Origin: Desulfobacterales bacterium
Lineage (GTDB): Bacteria; Desulfobacterota; Desulfobacteria; Desulfobacterales; UBA2174
DNA: 64,000 nt
Reading direction: 5' to 3'
Assembly (NCBI GenBank): GCA_963668645.2
Contig: CAXXWC010000019.1
Coordinates: forward strand, 96,001 to 160,000
A model generated the notes under the pieces. It worked only from the letters and a program-made list of their open reading frames with translations. It had not been told where the DNA came from and did no database searches. The stretch's first letter is position 1. Each line of letters opens with the position of its first letter. This document shows positions 52,819 through 60,381 of this stretch, piece after piece. The translations under genes and the position numbers were made by a program.

Positions 52819-53971
52819 TCAGAACTTCGACGCCATTGTCATCGGTGCGGGCAGCATCGGCGTGCCCACGGCACTGGCCCTGAGCAGACGCCGGCTGCGT
52901 ACCCTGGTACTGGAAATGCGCCCCAGCCCGGGCCAGGGCGATAACAAACACGCCATCGGCGGCATCCGGGCCACCCATTCGGCCCCGGCCAAGATGCTCG
53001 CCTGCAAGCGTTCGCTGGATATCTTCACCACATGGAAGGACCGCTGGGGCGACGATATCGAATGGCAAAGGGGCGGCTACATCTTCCCGGTTTACCGCCA
53101 TGAAGAGGAAGCGGTCCTCAAGAGCCAGTTGGTGGTCCAGAAACAATTCGGCCTGAACATCGACTGGGTCGGGCCCGAGGCCATGGCCGAGGCGGTGCCC
53201 GGCCTCAACCGCGAGGGGCTGCGCGGCGGCACCATCGCACCCGAGGACGGTTCGGCCTCGCCGCTTTTGTCGGTCAACGCCTTCTACCGGCTCGCCTGCA
53301 GGCTCGGGGCGACCTTCCGTTTCAAGGAACCGGTGCGGGATCTGGTGCGCACAAAAGGCCGGGTCGCCGGAGTCAAGACCGATACCGGAACCTACCACGC
53401 ACCGGTGGTCATCGACGCCGCCGGAGGGCTTTCAGGGGAATTGACCCGTTCCATGGGCTGCGCCATGCCTGTGATTCCCGAATCCCACGAAGCCGGCATC
53501 ACCGAGCCGGTGGCCATGTTCTGCCCGGCCATGGTGGTGGACCTGCGGCCGGCGCCCGGATCCAAAAACTATTATTTCTACCAGAACCGCCACGGGCAGA
53601 TCGTTTTTTGCATCACGCCGGATCCGCCCATCACCGGCACCGATACCCGCTCGACCTCCGTCTTTCTGCCCCAGTGTTGCAGCCGCATGATCGACCTGAT
53701 GCCACGGCTGAAGAACATCCGTGTACGCCGGGTCTGGCGCGGGCTCTATCCGATGACCAGCGACGGCTCACCCCTGGTGGGCTGGAACCGGGACGATCCG
53801 GGCCTGTTGCATGCCACCGGCATGTGCGGCCAGGGGTTCATGCTCGGCCCCGGGATCGGCGAAGTGGTGGCCCGGGCCGTGGCCGACGACCTGAACGATG
53901 ATGACCGCATGATTCTCGACGCCTTCAGCCCCTACAGGGATCTAACCTGTGGGGAGGAAGCCCTGCAGTAA
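52811..53971 (+). CDS. DAO-family FAD-dependent amine/amino-acid oxidoreductase (beta subunit)
   Basis: IGAGSIG, AIGGIR, DAAG, RVWRGLYPMTSDGSP, GMCGQGFMLGPG; overlaps the upstream gene. Confidence 0.88.
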   Translation: MTDQNFDAIVIGAGSIGVPTALALSRRRLRTLVLEMRPSPGQGDNKHAIGGIRATHSAPAKMLACKRSLDIFTTWKDRWGDDIEWQRGGYIFPVYRHEEEAVLKSQLVVQKQFGLNIDWVGPEAMAEAVPGLNREGLRGGTIAPEDGSASPLLSVNAFYRLACRLGATFRFKEPVRDLVRTKGRVAGVKTDTGTYHAPVVIDAAGGLSGELTRSMGCAMPVIPESHEAGITEPVAMFCPAMVVDLRPAPGSKNYYFYQNRHGQIVFCITPDPPITGTDTRSTSVFLPQCCSRMIDLMPRLKNIRVRRVWRGLYPMTSDGSPLVGWNRDDPGLLHATGMCGQGFMLGPGIGEVVARAVADDLNDDDRMILDAFSPYRDLTCGEEALQ

Positions 53972-54011
53972 TCCCCACCCCGGCCGGCACACCTCGCCGG
54001 CCGGGATATCT

Positions 54012-54109
54012 CCCCCCCCCCCCCCCCCCCCCGCCGCCTTCCGCAGATCAATCGGGGATAGCGCGGCGGGATGTTATCCCGGGCCGTGACCGTATCCCCC
54101 CCCCCCCCC
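54012..54109. repeat. Two poly-C tracts (C21 and C14)
   Basis: Homopolymers at 54012-54032 and 54096-54109. Confidence 0.85.
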
Positions 54110-54243
54110 GGGACAAAACGGTGCGCAATTGCCAAGGCAAAAAAATTCTGATATTTATGCGATTGTTTAAAATAATCTTTTCATTCCCCACCCTTTGATT
54201 TCCAAATGCGCCCATGACAAAGGCTGAAGGAGCAAACCAGGCG

Positions 54244-54687
54244 ATGCGATATCTGCTGATTATCGGCATGGCGGTTGTGCTCACCGTCGGCAGCGCCATG
54301 GCCGAATCCCAGACTGCCGGATACGTAAAGACCCTCAACGGCAAAGGCCATGTCGTGCACGCCAGGGCCGTCGTGCCGGCCCAAGTCGGACAAATCCTCT
54401 ATGCGGGCGATACGGTCTGCACCGGCCAGGATTGCTGCCTCGGCATCCTCTTCGAGGATGACACCCTGGTGTCGCTGGGGCCGAACAGCCTCCTGGAACT
54501 GAAAGATTATGCTTTCCAACCCGAAAGCGGCCTCCTGACCATGGCGGTGCGCCTGATGAAGGGCTCCTTCGCCTATGTTTCAGGGATCATCGGACGATTC
54601 GCGCCCCAGAATGTCCGGGTCGAAACCCCCGATGCCGTCATTTCCACTTATGGCACCCGCTTTTTGGTAAAGGTTGAGGGGAAATGA
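54244..54687 (+). CDS. Secreted FecR-domain protein
   Basis: Signal peptide; GDTVCTG....ILFEDDTLVSLGPNS...L.KG...VETPDAVISTYGTRF. Alternative start at 54214. Confidence 0.82.
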   Translation: MRYLLIIGMAVVLTVGSAMAESQTAGYVKTLNGKGHVVHARAVVPAQVGQILYAGDTVCTGQDCCLGILFEDDTLVSLGPNSLLELKDYAFQPESGLLTMAVRLMKGSFAYVSGIIGRFAPQNVRVETPDAVISTYGTRFLVKVEGK

Positions 54688-55286
54688 TCACCTGGCTGCG
54701 AGTACTTCTCACCGTGGTGCTTCTCGGTATTTTCGGATGCGCGGCCCAGGGCACATCAGTGGTGCTGCTGGCGGACCCGGACGGCAACGCCGGACGCATT
54801 ACGGTACAAACCCAGGCCGGCGCCCGAGTCCTCGATGTGCCCCGGCAAAGCACCCATGTTTCGAATCCGTCGGCAAAACCAAGCCCGCCGCAAATTTTGG
54901 ATCAGACTCAAATCGACCAAACCTATGCCCGGACCCTCTCGGCCCTGCCCCAGGCGCCTGAACTGTTCCGGCTCTACTTTGAAATCGGCACCGATGCGCT
55001 CACCGCCGAATCCCGAGTAGAACCCCAACGCATCGTGGCCGCCATCAAACGCCGCAAAGCCGTTGATGTACGCATCAGTGGCCACACGGACAGCCTGGGA
55101 CAAAAAGAGGACAACATGAACTTGTCGCTCAAACGCGCGCAAACCATCGCTGACCTGCTGATCGGCCAGGGCATCGATGCCGCCAGCATCCGGATTTTCA
55201 GCCATGGCGACGGCCTCCCGCTTATCCCCACCCCCGACCAGACGCCCGAACCCCGCAACCGCCGTGTGGAGGTGGTGGTGCGCTGA
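54684..55286 (+). CDS. OmpA-family peptidoglycan-binding lipoprotein
   Basis: Lipobox IFGC; LYF, GHTDSLG...N..LSLKRA, NRRVEV. Confidence 0.9.
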   Translation: MITWLRVLLTVVLLGIFGCAAQGTSVVLLADPDGNAGRITVQTQAGARVLDVPRQSTHVSNPSAKPSPPQILDQTQIDQTYARTLSALPQAPELFRLYFEIGTDALTAESRVEPQRIVAAIKRRKAVDVRISGHTDSLGQKEDNMNLSLKRAQTIADLLIGQGIDAASIRIFSHGDGLPLIPTPDQTPEPRNRRVEVVVR

Positions 55287-57298
55287 TGGCTTTTGAATGC
55301 AGACTGCCGAGCCACCAAAACCACCCTGGCCGAAAGCGGCGCGACACGCTGCGGCTGATGCTGGCCGGTTTGCTTCTCACCCTATCGGTCTTGGCGGTCC
55401 AGGTGCTCCGGCCGGACCTCTTTGCCCACATCGATAATAAAACCTTTGACGTATTGATCTCGCGCACCGAACGCCACCGGCCTTCATCGGTCCCGGTAAT
55501 CATCGGAATCGACGACAGGGCACTGGCCCGGTACGGCCAGTGGCCCTGGCCCCGGCACCACCTGGCACGCCTGATTTCGCGCCTCAATGATGCCGGGGTC
55601 GATCTTGTGATCCTCGACCTGATCCTCTTCGGCAAGGATCGCACTTCGCCCCTGACCATGCAGGAAGAACTGCACCAGGATTTCGGCCTTCATCTGTCCA
55701 TCGAAAACCTGCCGGCAGACAAACGCGACAACGACCGGATTCTGGCCCGGACCCTTGCCGCATACCCCGTGGTGCTCGGCTACAAGCTCGATTTCACGGC
55801 CTCCCCGGACACCGGGGCCGCCTGCACCAGTCGCATCGATCCGGTCCTGCCCGCCGCACCGATGGCGGCCCAGGCGGGATTTACGCTGCACCAGGCCACA
55901 TCGATGGTCTGCAGCCTGCCGGAACTGAACAACAACGCCCAGGGCCTGGGATTTATCAACGCCCTGGCAGACAGCGACGGGGTCCTGCGCCGGGTTCCGC
56001 TCATCGCCGACTACCAGAACGGGATCTACCCAGGCCTGATTCTGGCCGCGCTGATAGCCCGGGCGGACGGCGCCGGTCTGGGCCTGGGCCGGGACATGGA
56101 CGGCGGCTTTATCTATCTGAACCAGCAGCGGATTCACCTTGATCCGCATGGACATCTCCTCTTGCGCTACCGCGGTCCACGAAAGACGTTTCCGACCTTT
56201 TCGGCAGCCGCCATCCTCGCCGATCCACTGCCCGATTTGAGCAGGTCTGTCGCCATCGTCGGCCCCACGGCCCCGGGCCTCGGAGACCTCCACGTCAGCC
56301 CGCTGGACCGTGCCTTCCCGGGAGTCGAGGTGCATGCCACCATTCTGGACAATATTCTACAGGACGATTTTCTGATCCGGCCGGCCTGGGCAAAGGGAGC
56401 CGAATCGCTGGGCGTACTGGTGGCCGGCTTGCTCTCGACGCTGATGATCGTTGTGGCCGGCCCGGTCCTTTACATGCTTGCCATCACGACAGCAGCGCTG
56501 GGCGCCTGGTCGCTGAGCGCCTGGATGCTGGCCGGGCCGGGATGCTGGATTTCACCGCTGGGGGGGCAGACGGTGCTGATTCTAAACACGACGGTGCTCA
56601 GCCTGATGGAATACGGGCTTAAGGCACGGGAACTGCACCTGAGCACCCAGGAGCTGGTCAAATCCCAGGATGCCACCATCCTCGGCCTCACGGCTCTGGC
56701 CGAAACCCGGGATACCGAAACCGGGGGACACATCAACCGAACCCGGAAGTATGTGCGCATCCTGGCCCGGAGCCTGGCCCTTAAGCCGGCATACCGGCGC
56801 CAACTCGATCCGGATGCCATCGAGATGCTATACAAGACCGCCCCTTTACACGACATCGGCAAGGTGGGCATCGCAGACCAGATCCTTCTCAAGCCCGGCT
56901 CCCTGACAGCACACGAATACCGGGAAATGCAGCGTCACACACTGCTCGGGGCCGAGGCTTTGGCAAAGGCCGAACACCAAGCGTTCGGCCATAAAGGGGA
57001 CCGCTCCTTTTTGTCCCTGGCCCGTGAAATCGCTCTTAGCCATCATGAAAAATGGGACGGCAGCGGCTATCCTCAGGGCCTGCGCGGCACGCAAATCCCC
57101 TTGGGTGGCCGGCTCATGGCCCTGGCGGATGTCTATGATGCGCTGATCAGCCGCCGGGTCTACAAAGCCCCCATGGCCCACGAGCAGGCCGTGGAAATTA
57201 TCCGCCAGGGCCGCGGGACCCACTTCGACCCGGACCTGGTGGATGCCTTCATCGAAAATCAGGATCAATTCAGGGCCGTCAGCACCCGCTACACCTGA
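55286..57298 (+). CDS. CHASE2-sensor HD-GYP phosphodiesterase
   Basis: IDDRALARYGQWPWPR, DSDGVLRRVP, PGVEVHA (CHASE2); three TM segments; ETGGH, HDIGK, HHEKWDGSGYP, DVYDAL. Confidence 0.92.
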   Translation: MAFECRLPSHQNHPGRKRRDTLRLMLAGLLLTLSVLAVQVLRPDLFAHIDNKTFDVLISRTERHRPSSVPVIIGIDDRALARYGQWPWPRHHLARLISRLNDAGVDLVILDLILFGKDRTSPLTMQEELHQDFGLHLSIENLPADKRDNDRILARTLAAYPVVLGYKLDFTASPDTGAACTSRIDPVLPAAPMAAQAGFTLHQATSMVCSLPELNNNAQGLGFINALADSDGVLRRVPLIADYQNGIYPGLILAALIARADGAGLGLGRDMDGGFIYLNQQRIHLDPHGHLLLRYRGPRKTFPTFSAAAILADPLPDLSRSVAIVGPTAPGLGDLHVSPLDRAFPGVEVHATILDNILQDDFLIRPAWAKGAESLGVLVAGLLSTLMIVVAGPVLYMLAITTAALGAWSLSAWMLAGPGCWISPLGGQTVLILNTTVLSLMEYGLKARELHLSTQELVKSQDATILGLTALAETRDTETGGHINRTRKYVRILARSLALKPAYRRQLDPDAIEMLYKTAPLHDIGKVGIADQILLKPGSLTAHEYREMQRHTLLGAEALAKAEHQAFGHKGDRSFLSLAREIALSHHEKWDGSGYPQGLRGTQIPLGGRLMALADVYDALISRRVYKAPMAHEQAVEIIRQGRGTHFDPDLVDAFIENQDQFRAVSTRYT

Positions 57299-57301
57299 AT
57301 C

Positions 57302-57340
57302 GGGCCGCGGCCTGGCGCAACGACCAAGACGCCGCGGCCC
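57302..57340 (+). terminator. GC-rich hairpin after the HD-GYP gene
   Basis: gggccgcggc...gccgcggccc 10-bp stem; no U-tract directly after it. Confidence 0.35.
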
Positions 57341-57473
57341 ACCGGCCCGCTACCCTTCCGGCGCCGGGCCAGGCGCACCTTTTCCCTTGACCCCTGCATG
57401 GTCTTGATCTAAATTTTTCAATCTTTGTTCCATAATCCATACAGGCAGTTATCCGGACAGGGGGTGGATCGGC

Positions 57474-58325
57474 ATGCTCACGGACAAAACCATCGCGTTC
57501 ATCGGCACGGGCAACATGGGCGAAGCTTTGGTCAGCGGACTGGTAAAAAACGGCTCGGCCCGGCCCGAGCGGATTATCTGCACCGACATCCGCGAAGACA
57601 AGCTTTCAGGCCTGGCTGGAAAATACGGTGTATGCATCATGACCGACAACCTGGAGGCGGTAAAGGCGGCCGACATCGTGGTGTACGCCGTCAAACCGCA
57701 GATTTTGGCCAAGGTGCTGCGCCAGACCGTTGAAGTTCTGGACATGTCCAAGCTGGTGATTTCCATTGCCGCCGGCGTGCCTCTGGCGGCCATCGAATCC
57801 TGCCTGGAAAAGAAGCTGCGCCTGATCCGGGTGATGCCCAACATTTGCGCCTTCGTGGGTGAAGGCGCCACGGCCGTGGCCGGCGGGGACAACGCCACGG
57901 CCGACGACATCAAGACGGCCATGGCGATCTTTGACGCGGTGGGCAAGACCGTCTTTCTCGGCGAAAACTACCTCATGGACGCCATCACCGGATTGTCGGG
58001 CAGCGGGCCGGCCTACATCTTCATGATCATCGACGCCATGGCCGACGCCGGCGTCAAGATGGGACTCTCACGCCAGGACGCCCTTTTTCTTTCGGCCCAG
58101 ACCGTCCTGGGAGCCGCCAAGCTGTTGATCACCTCCGGGGAACACCCCGGCCAGCTCAAGGACCGGGTCACATCTCCGGGGGGCACGGCCATTGCCGGCA
58201 TTCACACCCTGGAAAAAGGCGGCCTGCGCACCACCCTGATCAACGCCGTGGAAGCGGCCACCAACCGGTCGAAGGAGCTCGGGGAGATCTGTATCCAGAA
58301 TTTCGCCAACGGCGGACCGCGCTGA
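57474..58325 (+). CDS. proC: Pyrroline-5-carboxylate reductase
   Basis: FIGTGNMG, AVKPQ, RVMPN, GSGPAY, VTSPGGT. Confidence 0.97.
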   Translation: MLTDKTIAFIGTGNMGEALVSGLVKNGSARPERIICTDIREDKLSGLAGKYGVCIMTDNLEAVKAADIVVYAVKPQILAKVLRQTVEVLDMSKLVISIAAGVPLAAIESCLEKKLRLIRVMPNICAFVGEGATAVAGGDNATADDIKTAMAIFDAVGKTVFLGENYLMDAITGLSGSGPAYIFMIIDAMADAGVKMGLSRQDALFLSAQTVLGAAKLLITSGEHPGQLKDRVTSPGGTAIAGIHTLEKGGLRTTLINAVEAATNRSKELGEICIQNFANGGPR

Positions 58326-58329
58326 TCTT

Positions 58330-59046
58330 ATGCTGACCGAGACCGTTTCCTATGGCGCCGCCTTTGTTGCCGGGGTCCTGAGTTTCTTTTCGCCGTGCAT
58401 CCTGCCCCTGGTACCCGCTTATTTTACCTTCATCACCGGCTATAGCCTGGAGGACCTGACCGACGCGGGGCGCACGGACATCCGCCGCGCCACCATGCGC
58501 GCCACGGCCTCCTATGTGCTCGGGTTTTCCCTGGTTTTCGTACTGATGGGCGCCTCGGCCTCGCTCCTGGGCCGCCTGGCCTTCGACTATCGGGATCCGA
58601 TCCGCATCATCGGCGGGGTCATCATCATCCTCTTCGGGGTTCATCTGACAGGAATCTGGCGGATCCGGTGGCTGGATGTGGAGCGGCGGATCCAGCTGGA
58701 CCGCAAGCCGATGCACTGGATGGGTACATTTCTGGTGGGCATGGCCTTCGGCGCCGGGTGGAGTCCTTGCATCGGCCCCCTGCTCGGTTCGATCCTCATC
58801 GTCGCCGGCAGCCGCGAAACCGTCTGGCAGGGGGTCGCGCTGCTGGGCATCTACGCAGCCGGATTGGCCATTCCCTTTTTGATCATCTCGGCATTCATCC
58901 ACCTGCTGATCAACTTCGTACGCCGGGCCACGCGCCTGATCCGCTATCTGAACCTGGCGGCCGGCTGCCTTTTGATCCTCATGGGACTCATCCTGCTTGC
59001 CAACCGGCTGGATTGGATCACCAGCCTCATGGGGGGAGGCGTGTGA
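58330..59046 (+). CDS. ccdA: CcdA/DsbD-beta membrane electron transporter
   Basis: SFFSPCILPLVPAY and GWSPCIGPLL twin Pro-Cys motifs. Confidence 0.92.
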   Translation: MLTETVSYGAAFVAGVLSFFSPCILPLVPAYFTFITGYSLEDLTDAGRTDIRRATMRATASYVLGFSLVFVLMGASASLLGRLAFDYRDPIRIIGGVIIILFGVHLTGIWRIRWLDVERRIQLDRKPMHWMGTFLVGMAFGAGWSPCIGPLLGSILIVAGSRETVWQGVALLGIYAAGLAIPFLIISAFIHLLINFVRRATRLIRYLNLAAGCLLILMGLILLANRLDWITSLMGGGV

Positions 59047-59675
59047 ATTTTCCCCTCGATCCAGATTTTCTGGCGCCTCTTGCTTCACCCGCCGGCAAGA
59101 CGTCCCCCCGCACACCGGGGTACCGGCCGGCCAGCGTCAGCCTGCTGCTTTTCCAATCCGGGCAGCCCCACCTGTTGGCCATCCAGAAGACCGACACCGA
59201 AGGCTATCCGTGGCGCAACCAGATCGCCCTGCCCGGAGGCCACCGGGACCGCAGCGATGCCTCGGCCCTGGACACGGCCTTGCGCGAATTGGAAGAAGAG
59301 CTGGGTATCCTCGCCTGCCAGGTGAAGATGATCGGATCCCTGGGCCGCTTTCAAACCATTGCCCAGCGGGAAGTGGAGGCCTTCGTGGGCCTTTGGGACG
59401 GCACCGGCCCGGTGCGCTACGATGCCACCGAAATCGCCCGGGTGCTGGAGATTCCCGTCGCCGACCTGGTCCGGACCCACTGCGAACGCCGCTACACGGG
59501 CCGCCTGCCCGATGTGCGCGAACTGCTCTATCCTTACCGGGATGTGGTCATCTGGGGCCTGACGGCCAAGATCTTGCACAGCTTCCTCGAAAGGCTGCTG
59601 CCGGTCGTCCATGCCGGCAAAGAGGGCTGTGCGAAGGGGGGGGCGGAAGGGGCATCGTTCGCACCGGAGTCCTGA
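59043..59675 (+). CDS. Nudix hydrolase, CoA pyrophosphatase-like
   Basis: NQIALPGG....D.....TALRELEEELG, IWGLTA; GTGA overlap with ccdA. Confidence 0.88.
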   Translation: MNFPLDPDFLAPLASPAGKTSPRTPGYRPASVSLLLFQSGQPHLLAIQKTDTEGYPWRNQIALPGGHRDRSDASALDTALRELEEELGILACQVKMIGSLGRFQTIAQREVEAFVGLWDGTGPVRYDATEIARVLEIPVADLVRTHCERRYTGRLPDVRELLYPYRDVVIWGLTAKILHSFLERLLPVVHAGKEGCAKGGAEGASFAPES

Positions 59676-59684
59676 AAACGACGG

Positions 59685-59936
59685 TCAACGCTGTCCCCGG
59701 CGGCGTTTTAAGAGGCGCAGGCCGATGGTGCAGAAGGTCAGGGCGCTGGCCGCCGTCAGCCCGGCCGGCACCCACACGTGGCCGTTGAACATCGGTTCGG
59801 CCAGGGCCACCAGGATCCCCACCGTCCCGAAACCCAGGACGATGAAAAGCAAGACCATGGTGGCGATGCAGATGCCGTCGGCATCGTACCAGGGAACGAT
59901 CACTCTGCGACTGCTGGCGCTGGGTTCAAGGCGCAT
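59685..59936 (-). CDS. Small two-TM hypothetical protein
   Basis: PWYD motif, two hydrophobic segments and a basic tail. Confidence 0.6.
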   Translation of the reverse strand: MRLEPSASSRRVIVPWYDADGICIATMVLLFIVLGFGTVGILVALAEPMFNGHVWVPAGLTAASALTFCTIGLRLLKRRRGQR

Positions 59937-60139
59937 GGGATAAAAAAGGCCTCCAAATATCCTGCCATCTGCCGGAACCTACCCCGTCCGGTGCCGCTTT
60001 GCAAGCCGAGAATCCGCCGCCCGCCCGTCCCTGGACCACCGGCGATCTGGAAGAGAGTGCAAAAAATGGCAGGGTTGGGCCAAGGATTCCGGCAAGATGG
60101 CGGCAGAGAAATTCGGACCAAGCAGCTAACCCACTATTA

Positions 60140-60190
60140 ACACTACATATAGATACCTATTCTTGACAAACCTCAACATGTTGTGCTAAT
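60140..60190 (+). promoter_or_regulatory. Tandem NrdR boxes flanking the -35 of the nrdD promoter
   Basis: acactacatatagata (60140-60155) and cctcaacatgttgtgc (60171-60186), 31 bp apart, resemble acaCwAtATaTwGtg; TTGACA at 60163. Confidence 0.8.
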
Positions 60191-60381
60191 CATCCCAGGT
60201 ATTGATAGCGCCCCGATGCGGCCAAAACTCCCCGAGATTGCTGATGAAGTCCGTTTTCGGGAGATCGCCGCAACCTTGGCTCCATCTTACCCTCATCCGT
60301 CCGCGCCGCACGTTTCTCCGAGAAAACCGCGGTCAAATCTGCATACCGCCGGACGGTATTTCATTTTTAAAGGAGAAGGCA

